From Candidatus Cryptoclostridium obscurum (lineage in GTDB: Bacteria > Bacillota > Dehalobacteriia > UBA7702): a DNA stretch of 64,000 bases. The stretch covers positions 18,989-82,988 of the forward strand of contig CAJFVQ010000019.1 in NCBI GenBank assembly GCA_904420535.1. The letters are read 5' to 3'. The notes below the pieces were generated by a model. That model worked only from the letters and a program-made list of their open reading frames with translations. It made no database searches and was not told the DNA's origin. Position numbers and translations under genes: made by a program. This document shows, in pieces, positions 39,033 through 47,253 of the stretch; position 1 is the first letter of the stretch; each line of letters opens with the position of its first letter.

Positions 39033-39239
39033 GAAAAAATACCTCCAAAACTTCTTATAAATCTTTCTTTTTCCAGTGAAACATCTAAGTTATATGCTTG
39101 CTATTGAAACATAAATAACATATTATATTTTCACATAAAAACACTATTTTTAATAGAGGAATATTTTGACATTTTTGACAAGAATACCCCCCCTTTTTTT
39201 CTAATCGTGAATCCTTTCAAAGGTGGTGATTATGGATTC

Positions 39240-40355
39240 ATGAAACGACTACTACCGTATTTCTTATTATGCATAATGTTCTATTTTTTCACATCCCCCT
39301 CGGAAGTTTCGGCTGCGGCAAAAGACGGGCTTACTTTATGGTTCACATCGGTTGTTCCCGCTCTATTACCTTTTTTTATTCTTAGTAACTTATGCATGGA
39401 CTACGGTGTCCCTGAAATATTGGGAAAATTTTGCAGACCTTTTACCGAACGGTTGCTGCGTTTACCAGGGGAATCGGCATTTGTGATCATTACGGGATAC
39501 AGCACAGGAGCTCCCGTCAGCGCAGGGCTCATCGCTACCCTGCGAAAAAAAGGACAATTGACAAAGCGGCAAGCCGAGGATATGTTGGGGTTCTGTACCA
39601 ACGTTAGTCCGTTATTCATCTTATCGGTCGTAGCTGTCTCCTTTTTAGGTCACCCGGAAACAGGAATACAACTGGGAATCATTCATTACGGGAGTAATTT
39701 TTTACTTGGATTGGCTGTGGGATTCACGCGAAAAAAAATTCCCATAAATAAAGCAAAGCTTTCCCAAAGCCGCAGTTGGCCACCTTTGGGAAAAGCATTG
39801 TCTGATGCTGTTTATCACGGCGTCTCCACCATTAATCTCATCGGCGGACTAATGGTTGTTTTTATCATTTTATTACATATTTTAGACAATTTAGGAATCA
39901 CCAAAGAGATTTTATTATTGCTTCGCAACGCCACTGATCTTGATTTCACTGGGCTATTTTATGGAATATGGGAAATCACCATTGGCACAAAATCGCTAAG
40001 TGAAACGATTTCCTATGGGCAAATGCAAACGGCATTGATTTCCGCGATTTTAGCCTTTGGCGGCATTTCTACCGCAATTCAAGTGCAGTCCCAAATCAAG
40101 GATACAGATTTAACATTACATCGATATCTGCCTTATAAGGGAGTGCAAAGTATTTTCGCTTTTCTACTAGGAATGTTTTTACCCATCAAGAAACAGGCGG
40201 TCAGCGTTTCCGGACAAATTCCTACAGCAACACCGCCTGATTTATCAAATTATCCGTACCCTCTTTGGTCACTTGGAGTTTTATTTTTAATGATTCTTAG
40301 TCTTGTTCTTCTTCGTATTCTACATTGGAAGCGGACGCGGGTTTCTTTGCACTGA
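39240..40355 (+). CDS. ylbJ: Sporulation integral membrane protein YlbJ (nucleoside-recognition / Gate-domain family)
   Basis: Polytopic membrane protein with similarity to YlbJ. The start is taken at the in-frame ATG (MKRLLPYF). The ORF-track start at 39207 is a GTG extension without an RBS. Confidence 0.6.
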   Translation: MKRLLPYFLLCIMFYFFTSPSEVSAAAKDGLTLWFTSVVPALLPFFILSNLCMDYGVPEILGKFCRPFTERLLRLPGESAFVIITGYSTGAPVSAGLIATLRKKGQLTKRQAEDMLGFCTNVSPLFILSVVAVSFLGHPETGIQLGIIHYGSNFLLGLAVGFTRKKIPINKAKLSQSRSWPPLGKALSDAVYHGVSTINLIGGLMVVFIILLHILDNLGITKEILLLLRNATDLDFTGLFYGIWEITIGTKSLSETISYGQMQTALISAILAFGGISTAIQVQSQIKDTDLTLHRYLPYKGVQSIFAFLLGMFLPIKKQAVSVSGQIPTATPPDLSNYPYPLWSLGVLFLMILSLVLLRILHWKRTRVSLH

Positions 40356-40791
40356 CACGCAATTCATCCCGACTCTTTTTTACAGTATAAAGGGCTTTAT
40401 CCAAATTATTTTCAATCTGATAAAGGATGTCATTTGCATAGCTTCTGGCGCCTTCACGGACTTCCAAAGCGTTTTGCTTGCTGCGTTCCAGAAGGGCATC
40501 AGCCTCAGCTTGGGCGTGACGTACGATTTCATGCTCAGAAATCATACTTCTGGCTTCTTTCCGAGCATTTTCCAACTCTTTTTCTGCCTTTGCCTGGGCT
40601 TCGGCAATCATTCTATCTTTTTCCAGTAATGCGTACTGGGCATCTTTCAATTCCTGAGGCAGATTTTCGCGAATCAAATCGATAAGTTCGAACACTTCAT
40701 CAACATCCACCATGACTTTGCCGGTAAGAGGCACTTTGGTTGCAGTATCAACAATTTCTTCTAACTGATCGACGTACTTTAAGATTTCCAT
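40297..40791 (-). CDS. Hypothetical coiled-coil protein (ATPase b-subunit-like heptad repeats)
   Basis: 164 aa, charged and rich in A/E/K/R. ATG with a GAGGTG RBS. It overlaps the ylbJ 3' end convergently by 59 nt. Confidence 0.45.
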   Translation of the reverse strand: MEILKYVDQLEEIVDTATKVPLTGKVMVDVDEVFELIDLIRENLPQELKDAQYALLEKDRMIAEAQAKAEKELENARKEARSMISEHEIVRHAQAEADALLERSKQNALEVREGARSYANDILYQIENNLDKALYTVKKSRDELRVSAKKPASASNVEYEEEQD

Positions 40792-40801
40792 TTTATACAC
40801 C

Positions 40802-41413
40802 TCATATGTTTTTTATTCCGTAATTAACTCTGTAAAACCAAATTTGTGCCGTGCCATATGTTTTTGTCTTTATGACATCCAACGCGGGAAAATCGCAAAT
40901 TTCCGGTTCTGACGAAGATGTTTCTGCAACAATCATCCCACGTTCTTTTAAAGCACCTAATTTGATAATCAGGTCCATACTTTCTAAAAGTAAATTTTTA
41001 CAATAAGGGGGATCTAAAAGAATCAAATCATAGGACTCTCCGGGGCGCAGAGCCTGCCGAAAGTCACAACAGCGAATCTCAACACGTTGGGAAAGCCCGA
41101 AATTCATAACATTTTTTTTTATGATATCACAAGCTTTGGGAGAAAAGTCTGCAATCACAGCTGAAGCAGCGCCGCGAGACAGTGCTTCAATGGCCATGGC
41201 ACCGCTGCCACCGAACAAATCAAGAACCGAAGCTTCGGAAACATCGTACAAGCTATTGAAAACAGCGCCGCGCACTTTATCCAAAGTTGGCCTTGTCGCT
41301 TGTCCATCCGGCGAATGCAATTTGCGCCCTTTCAAGCTACCGCCAATAATACGCAATCCATCACCTGCTATCATAAAAACCGAAACAAACAAAACATCCG
41401 AACAAAATTTCAA
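40802..41413 (-). CDS. rsmD: 16S rRNA (guanine966-N2)-methyltransferase RsmD family
   Basis: Motifs LDLFGGSGAMAIEALSRGA and LDPPY. 203 aa. Confidence 0.8.
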   Translation of the reverse strand: MKFCSDVLFVSVFMIAGDGLRIIGGSLKGRKLHSPDGQATRPTLDKVRGAVFNSLYDVSEASVLDLFGGSGAMAIEALSRGAASAVIADFSPKACDIIKKNVMNFGLSQRVEIRCCDFRQALRPGESYDLILLDPPYCKNLLLESMDLIIKLGALKERGMIVAETSSSEPEICDFPALDVIKTKTYGTAQIWFYRVNYGIKNI

Positions 41414-41550
41414 AATTAAGAATAATTAAAGAACTTTTGCACAATATAGAAAAGAAATCCAATGATTCTTCTTATCCCCCGAAGAATCTTTCGGTTTCTC
41501 TCTCCCTTTCTGCTGCAATACAGAATTTAAAATCTGCAAAGCAGCATCTT

Positions 41551-41617
41551 TGGCGGCGGAATTGTCGTTTCTTCAGAAATTTACGACGGAGAAACAGCTC
41601 TGCCGCCGTATTTTTTT
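41551..41617 (+). terminator. Terminator-like stem-loop plus T7 run in the gpr upstream region
   Basis: Outer stem CGGCGG/CCGCCG enclosing an inner hairpin GTCGT..ACGAC, followed by TTTTTTT. No plus-strand gene lies upstream of it. Confidence 0.35.
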
Positions 41618-41703
41618 CTTACTCTATATAATAACTCATTTTAACATGAAAAAGCAAGTTTTCAATGGAATTTTTTTCAAAAAATTTGGAAATGGAGGAA
41701 ATA

Positions 41704-42699
41704 ATGTTGAAAGATCGTTTTTTTTCTGAACTTCCTGTGAACTGCGATTTGGCTTCTGAGGCCCATGCCCTTCTTAGAGGAGACAAAGATATTGAAATCC
41801 CAGGAGTCAAAGAAGAAATTAGCACTAAAAAATTCACAAAAATTACAAAAATAACCATAATTAATGATGAGGGCGCAAGGATTATGGGTCGCCCCAAAGG
41901 GCAATACATCACCATAGACGCGCCGATGGTCACAGAAGATTTTGCCGCTATGGAGGAAGCTGCTTTTACTACAGCAAATGCCATCGGGGAACTTGTGACT
42001 AAGCATATCTCTTCTAATCGCCATACACCAATCCTTATTTGCGGACTCGGCAATGAAAGGGTCACAGCTGATGCCCTCGGACCGGAAGTAATAAAAAAGT
42101 CATTGTCTACGCGTCAATTTTTTCTTTCGTCACCCGAGGATGTCCTTGGGAAATACCGTTCCATTGTATTGCTCCGTACTGATGTTCTAGCAAATACCGG
42201 CATGGAAGCAGCAGAAATCATTGCCGCTGCAGCGAACCAAATCAATGCGTCGGCAATCATTGTCATTGATGCACTCGCAGCCTTGGGGGCGGAACGTCTC
42301 GGGACATCATTTCAAATCTCGGATTGTGGTATCACACCCGGGGCGGGGCTTGGCAACATTCGTTCCGCCATCAATCGGGAAACCATGGGGATCCCGGTCA
42401 TCGCTTTAGGGGTTCCAACGGTAATTCGTATGTCGACCTTAATCGATCAAATTATAGCTCACCACGAACCATCATTGGAGCACCAGCATAACAATGGCAA
42501 AGGTGATGCCCCCACGGGAGCATCACCCAAAGAAATCACAAATTCTATTTTAATGAAACAAAGGGAGCATTTTGCCGTAACTCCAAAAGATATTGATCAC
42601 GTCATTGAAAAAGCAGCTTCTACGCTAGCAGTGGGACTCCATATTGCGCTTCATCAGGCCATTGATCAGACAAACTATCACGAGTATATCAATGTATAA
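41704..42699 (+). CDS. gpr: Germination protease (spore endopeptidase Gpr)
   Basis: Collinear with B. subtilis GPR: LICGLGNERVTADALGPEV, IVIDALAA, and the C-terminal HQAIDQTNYHEY. ATG with GGAGG 5 nt upstream. The ORF-track start at 41665 is an upstream extension. Confidence 0.85.
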   Translation: MLKDRFFSELPVNCDLASEAHALLRGDKDIEIPGVKEEISTKKFTKITKITIINDEGARIMGRPKGQYITIDAPMVTEDFAAMEEAAFTTANAIGELVTKHISSNRHTPILICGLGNERVTADALGPEVIKKSLSTRQFFLSSPEDVLGKYRSIVLLRTDVLANTGMEAAEIIAAAANQINASAIIVIDALAALGAERLGTSFQISDCGITPGAGLGNIRSAINRETMGIPVIALGVPTVIRMSTLIDQIIAHHEPSLEHQHNNGKGDAPTGASPKEITNSILMKQREHFAVTPKDIDHVIEKAASTLAVGLHIALHQAIDQTNYHEYINV

Positions 42700-42700
42700 C

Positions 42701-43852
42701 TCAATGTGGCATTGCCATCATATAGGCAGAAAGATTTGAAAGCATTGTGACGGCCTCTGCTCTGGTGGCATAGCCTCTCGGATCGAAAAGGTTATCATCT
42801 TTCCCGTTGATAATGCCGGCGGCCTGAATGCGTTCTACAGAATCCAGTGCCCAAGATCCGATGATGGGGGCATCAGCAAAATCCACAGCACTTCGAACCG
42901 CTTTGCAGTCGATTTGAAAATACAAGATAAATCGATCACAAAGAGCAGCCATTTCCTCCCTGCTGATGGTAGCATCGGGGAAAAACTCATTTTCAGTTTT
43001 CCCATTTACAAGTCCCCGCTCTGTTCCCCATGCGACATACGAGTAAAACCAATCGTTAATTGCAACATCATGAAACTGGTTGGTTTGACATTGGGAGTAA
43101 TCTTCTCCGGACATAAGCGCCAACATCTTTATAAACTCTGCCCGTGTCACACTGCGATTCGGTAAAAATGTGTTTTCAGACATGCCATTTAGCACACCAT
43201 GGGAAGTTAAAAATTCGATACTATTCTTTCCCCAATGTTCAGTAATATCGGAAAAACTTTTGGCAGAATCGCTGAAAGTGTACGTTTCAGAGGTACCAAG
43301 CTGCCAGCGTAAGGACGCGCCGTCAACAAAATAAGCGCTGTTGCCAATGAGATTGCCATGACTGTCTTCGACTGCCATCGTCAAAGGTCCATTCTCATAG
43401 GGAACAGTTACGATACAGATTCCAGCAGAACCATAGATGGTGCTGTCGTCTGATGTAATCCGAACAGCGCAGGTGCTCCCCTCCGTTGTCAATGAAAAGG
43501 TTACTGCTTCTGCGTCCAATTGTTCCAAAATGCTTTCAACAAAAGCAGGATTCATTAACAACGAGCCGTCGTCACCTGTCAGCAACAGACCTTCGAAAGT
43601 GTCATCAGACACCATGGAACGAAGGCTTGCAGCTTCTAAGGTAAGAGAGTCTCCATTCATCATCACTTCTTGAAAGTCAAAGAGTGCAGAAGGTACTGCG
43701 CTGCTTTGGCTTTCTGCGTCTAGGGGAACTTGTTCTTGAGTTGCATCATCGGCAATGATTTGTTTACTCCCAAAATCGAATAACGAAAAGGCGCCAACTC
43801 CCAATAAAACCAGTCCCACAAAAGTCAAGACAATGAGATATCGCTTTTTCAT
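42701..43852 (-). CDS. S-layer homology (SLH) domain protein with signal peptide
   Basis: N-terminus MKKRYLIVLTFVGLVLLGVGAFS. Three C-terminal SLH repeats (pattern F.D......W......L...G...G). RBS GGAGA. Confidence 0.65.
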   Translation of the reverse strand: MKKRYLIVLTFVGLVLLGVGAFSLFDFGSKQIIADDATQEQVPLDAESQSSAVPSALFDFQEVMMNGDSLTLEAASLRSMVSDDTFEGLLLTGDDGSLLMNPAFVESILEQLDAEAVTFSLTTEGSTCAVRITSDDSTIYGSAGICIVTVPYENGPLTMAVEDSHGNLIGNSAYFVDGASLRWQLGTSETYTFSDSAKSFSDITEHWGKNSIEFLTSHGVLNGMSENTFLPNRSVTRAEFIKMLALMSGEDYSQCQTNQFHDVAINDWFYSYVAWGTERGLVNGKTENEFFPDATISREEMAALCDRFILYFQIDCKAVRSAVDFADAPIIGSWALDSVERIQAAGIINGKDDNLFDPRGYATRAEAVTMLSNLSAYMMAMPH

Positions 43853-43915
43853 AATAATCTCCAATTTTTTTATTTGTCTTATTATACAGGAAAAAACGAC
43901 AAAATTCAACTCAAG

Positions 43916-44299
43916 TTATGCCTCTTCATTTAATTTACGGACAAGACGCCGATGCATCCGACGACAAGTACTCTCATCACAATATAGACGATTGGCAATC
44001 TGTAGCCAGGTAAATCGTCGAATATATCGCATTCGCAAAAGGCGACGTTCTACAGAGGGAAATTGTTCGATGATTGATTCTACCTTCATGCGTAAATCGC
44101 CATATTCATTAATTTTTTGCTCTAGAATCTTTTCCAAATCAACAACAGTAGCGACGCCATCAGCCATCGTATCATTGTGACCACTGGCAGTATGGCGCCT
44201 TGGTGACTTTAAAAGACTCCAGATATGGGAAATCTCCTCCCTTAATTCCTCAATTTCACGCCCCATAGCACAATAATCCTCCCCTAAAATCCACTTCAA
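43916..44299 (-). CDS. Phage-type sigma-70 region-4-like HTH protein (DUF1492 / ArpU-RinA-like late regulator)
   Basis: C-terminal segment VERRLLRMRYIRRFTWLQIANRLYCDESTCRRMHRRLVRKL resembles sigma region 4. 127 aa. Confidence 0.45.
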   Translation of the reverse strand: MKWILGEDYCAMGREIEELREEISHIWSLLKSPRRHTASGHNDTMADGVATVVDLEKILEQKINEYGDLRMKVESIIEQFPSVERRLLRMRYIRRFTWLQIANRLYCDESTCRRMHRRLVRKLNEEA

Positions 44300-44320
44300 A
44301 ATAATCCCTCCTTCTCAATT

Positions 44321-44689
44321 TCAATCAACAATATTCTCTTCACCGAAAAAAATTACAGATTGCTGGGGCATTTGATTACGCTCGGAAAAAAGATTGGCAT
44401 TTTTTCCCAAAAGCTCTGCTGCGCGCATCCGATCACGAACGGTGACCTCGTCATCGCAACTACGCATCACTTTAGTAAGATATTCTAAAATTTCGTCGTT
44501 TCCGGCAATATTACGTTTTTCAGCCTCCTTTCTTTTTTCCTCAAGGTGAGAAAGAATTTCGCGGTTTGAAAGTAAACGTGAACTTGTAGCATGGGCACTC
44601 TTCACACTGTAGCCCGCAGCAATGGCAGCGGAAACACCATCACCGAGTTTTAAGTATTGTTCACAAAAGATCCTCTGCTTTTTTGTCAT
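44321..44689 (-). CDS. terS: Phage terminase small subunit (Terminase_2 / P27 family)
   Basis: N-terminus MTKKQRIFCEQYLKLG..AAIAAGYS is typical of TerS. 122 aa. Confidence 0.6.
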   Translation of the reverse strand: MTKKQRIFCEQYLKLGDGVSAAIAAGYSVKSAHATSSRLLSNREILSHLEEKRKEAEKRNIAGNDEILEYLTKVMRSCDDEVTVRDRMRAAELLGKNANLFSERNQMPQQSVIFFGEENIVD

Positions 44690-44700
44690 TTTGGTACCTC

Positions 44701-45018
44701 CTAAAATTCAAGACCATCATAGATTTCATTTAAAATGAATCGTTCCTCCGATGTAAAACATTCTCCCAACAACGATTCAAACGTTTCCGTCAACATTTTT
44801 TTGCATTGGCCGCAGGCATTGCTTGCAATGTCATTCGATGGGAACCATTGACCACAAAGCAAACACTTTTCAATAGAAACCAACGATTGTGCATTGAAAC
44901 AATAGGGACAAACTTGAATCATATATCCCACCTCGTTATCTGCTATTTCCTTAGGATCTACAATAATATGATTACATCGCTTACAAAAATAATACAAGGC
45001 TGCTCCTTCCAACACCAA
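44701..45018 (-). CDS. Hypothetical zinc-ribbon protein (four CxxC motifs)
   Basis: CKRC, CPYC, CLLC and CGQC motifs. 105 aa. Adjacent to terS. Confidence 0.4.
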   Translation of the reverse strand: MVLEGAALYYFCKRCNHIIVDPKEIADNEVGYMIQVCPYCFNAQSLVSIEKCLLCGQWFPSNDIASNACGQCKKMLTETFESLLGECFTSEERFILNEIYDGLEF

Positions 45019-45330
45019 AAATAAATAGAACTAATGTTCTTTTTGTTTTGAATTATATCTTTTTTACTTTCGTTTGTCAATACAATTTCTTTAAAGAAAT
45101 ATCCACCATAGTACTATTCAACGGACAATTTAATGTATATTGCCTATTAAAAGGATTTTATTAATTTTCAATAAATATTTTCAAAGTCTTTTTTAAAGCT
45201 TTTAATAATTATCAAGGATATTTTAGAATTAAATTTCTTAAAAGAAATAAAACATCATAATTACTTTTCGCGATTGAAATTCTTAGTTATATTGTATTCT
45301 CAAAAGCCGGGTAAGTTTGGGCAAAAAAGA

Positions 45331-45358
45331 AAAAGCTCCGATTTTCTCGGAGCTTTTT
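45331..45358 (-). terminator. Rho-independent terminator downstream of the SASP gene
   Basis: Hairpin AAAAGCTCCGATTTTCTCGGAGCTTTTT. Confidence 0.7.
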
Positions 45359-45384
45359 ATAATAGCACTAGAAGCAATACTTAT

Positions 45385-45651
45385 TTAGTTGTTTTTATTC
45401 TGTCCGGGGAAGTCAGTTTTAGCAGCATTGTTGATTGCACCAGTCTGCCCCTGGCTCATAGCCTGTTCAGCGAAGGCAACCATTTTTTTGGTCATATTAC
45501 CGCCAACATAGCCGTTTTCACGGGAGCTGAGGTTTCCCTTATCGATATTTTCATAATCCTGGATACCAAGTTCGTTAGCAACTTCCATTTTAAAACGGTT
45601 CAAAGCACCTTGTGCACTCTTTTTTACGGGGTCATTATTTCTTTGAGACAT
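45385..45651 (-). CDS. ssp: Small acid-soluble spore protein, alpha/beta type
   Basis: ALNRFKMEVANELGI...GYVGGNMTKKMV matches the two conserved alpha/beta-SASP blocks, including the Gpr cleavage region. 88 aa. Confidence 0.8.
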   Translation of the reverse strand: MSQRNNDPVKKSAQGALNRFKMEVANELGIQDYENIDKGNLSSRENGYVGGNMTKKMVAFAEQAMSQGQTGAINNAAKTDFPGQNKNN

Positions 45652-45713
45652 AATTTTTATTCCTCCTGTTTTTAAATATCACTGATTTCTCAGTTAAAAC
45701 ATATTTCTTAAAA

Positions 45714-45866
45714 TTATTTTTTGTTCATGGATTGTGAAGAGCAAGCATCTGAACGCTTTTCATTGGATTTACTGTTTTTTACAGTACTGTTTTTGGCTTC
45801 GCTTCCTTGACAGCAACGATTAGAAAAATCTTGATTGCGATTACTGTTTTTCTCGTTGTTTCTCAA
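45714..45866 (-). CDS. Possible unannotated small hydrophilic protein (50 aa, N/S/K-rich)
   Basis: TTG start 8 nt downstream of a strong SD AAAGGAGGTGA. Translation (M)RNNEKNSNRNQDFSNRCCQGSEAKNSTVKNSKSNEKRSDACSSQSMNKK. It is below the 60-aa cutoff of the ORF track. Confidence 0.25.
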   Translation of the reverse strand: MRNNEKNSNRNQDFSNRCCQGSEAKNSTVKNSKSNEKRSDACSSQSMNKK

Positions 45867-46032
45867 AGGATGTCACCTCCTTTCGCTGCATGACTATTTT
45901 TTGCCGATTTCGATTTTTTATACGATTTTACGATGTTATTTATTTCCTGCAAATTTCGTCAAGCACCGCATGCCACATTTATCTTTCCCTCAGCAGTTCA
46001 CTGTTATACATTGATCGTGTTCACAAAATAAA

Positions 46033-46055
46033 AAGACCGCTTTTTAGCGGTCCTT
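46033..46055 (-). terminator. Rho-independent terminator downstream of ltaE
   Basis: Hairpin AAGACCGCTTTTTAGCGGTCCTT followed by TTTTATTTT on the minus strand. Confidence 0.65.
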
Positions 46056-46208
46056 ATCATAAAAAAAATAGCAAACTCATTATAACGCAAACACGTTTCA
46101 TATTCATGTTGTATGGATTATAAGTAATACTCCTCCCATAAACCCCTTTCGTGAATAAAATTTCTTTCAACATATTTTAGCTTTTTGTTGATACTTTTCA
46201 CTTACTCC

Positions 46209-47240
46209 TTATTCAACTTGAAATTTGCGAAGCCAGGTACAAAGGATTTCAACATCATGATCTGCTGTGGCCCATGAAGTTACAAGGCGGATGACTGCCT
46301 TATCGGCGCCAATTTTTTCAATAATTTCAAAACTAAAATTTTGGGCCAATTCCATAATAAAACTCCAAGGAAAGATTGGGAACAGTTGGTTTGACACTGC
46401 CTCGGCAAACATGGGTATGCGACACTCCTCCAGCACCGCATAAATTTTTCTGCTTTGTTCATTGGCATGCTCTGCCAAGCGATAATAAAGACCATCACGG
46501 AACATTACCTGAAACTGAAGTCCCAAAAGCCATCCTTTTGCCAAAAGTCCGCCCTTCTGCTTGATAAAATAGCGAAAATCCGGTTTCAAAGCATCATTGA
46601 CAATCACCAAAGCCTCTCCAAAAAGCATCCCATTTTTTGTTCCACCAATAGAGAAAGCATCAGCAACCTTGGCCAAATGAGCCAAAGTACAATCGCTTTT
46701 CTCTGCGGTAAGGGCGGAACCGAGACGTGCTCCGTCAATGTACAACAGCATTCCATGGTTATGGGCAAAATCAGCGATTTGATTTAATTCTTTTTGTTGA
46801 TAAACAGTCCCTAACTCCGTTGTTTGAGATAAATAGATCAGGCGCGGCTTTACCATATGTTCATCGCGGTGAAGATTATATATCATTTCCAAATCTTCTA
46901 AACGCATTTTTCCATCGGCGGCAGGGATTGTCAACACCTTATGACCTGTCGATTCCACAGCACCGGTTTCATGAACTGCAATGTGCCCCGTATCCACAGC
47001 CACAACTGCTTCATGAGGACGGAGAGATGCAGCGATAAACGTCATATTGCATTGCGTACCACCCACAAAAAAATGGATATCGGCATTTTCAGACTCAATT
47101 TCGTAACTGATTAACTTTTTTGCCTCTTCACAAAGGGGATCTGTTCCATAACCACTATACTGATGTAAATTGATTTCCGAAAGCGCTGCCAGAATTTCTG
47201 GTGCGGCGCCTTCCGTATAATCGCTGGTAAAATGTATCAT
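46209..47240 (-). CDS. ltaE: Low-specificity L-threonine aldolase (PLP-dependent)
   Basis: 343 aa. Beta-eliminating lyase / threonine aldolase-like N-terminus DYTEGAAPEIL. Confidence 0.7.
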   Translation of the reverse strand: MIHFTSDYTEGAAPEILAALSEINLHQYSGYGTDPLCEEAKKLISYEIESENADIHFFVGGTQCNMTFIAASLRPHEAVVAVDTGHIAVHETGAVESTGHKVLTIPAADGKMRLEDLEMIYNLHRDEHMVKPRLIYLSQTTELGTVYQQKELNQIADFAHNHGMLLYIDGARLGSALTAEKSDCTLAHLAKVADAFSIGGTKNGMLFGEALVIVNDALKPDFRYFIKQKGGLLAKGWLLGLQFQVMFRDGLYYRLAEHANEQSRKIYAVLEECRIPMFAEAVSNQLFPIFPWSFIMELAQNFSFEIIEKIGADKAVIRLVTSWATADHDVEILCTWLRKFQVE

Positions 47241-47253
47241 ATCTGCCCACCTT

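Noticed and set aside
45890-46123. 77-aa plus-strand ORF between the SASP region and ltaE
   Set aside because: It lies in AT-rich intergenic DNA containing the ltaE terminator. The peptide is low-complexity (F/I/Y/S-rich) and has no RBS.
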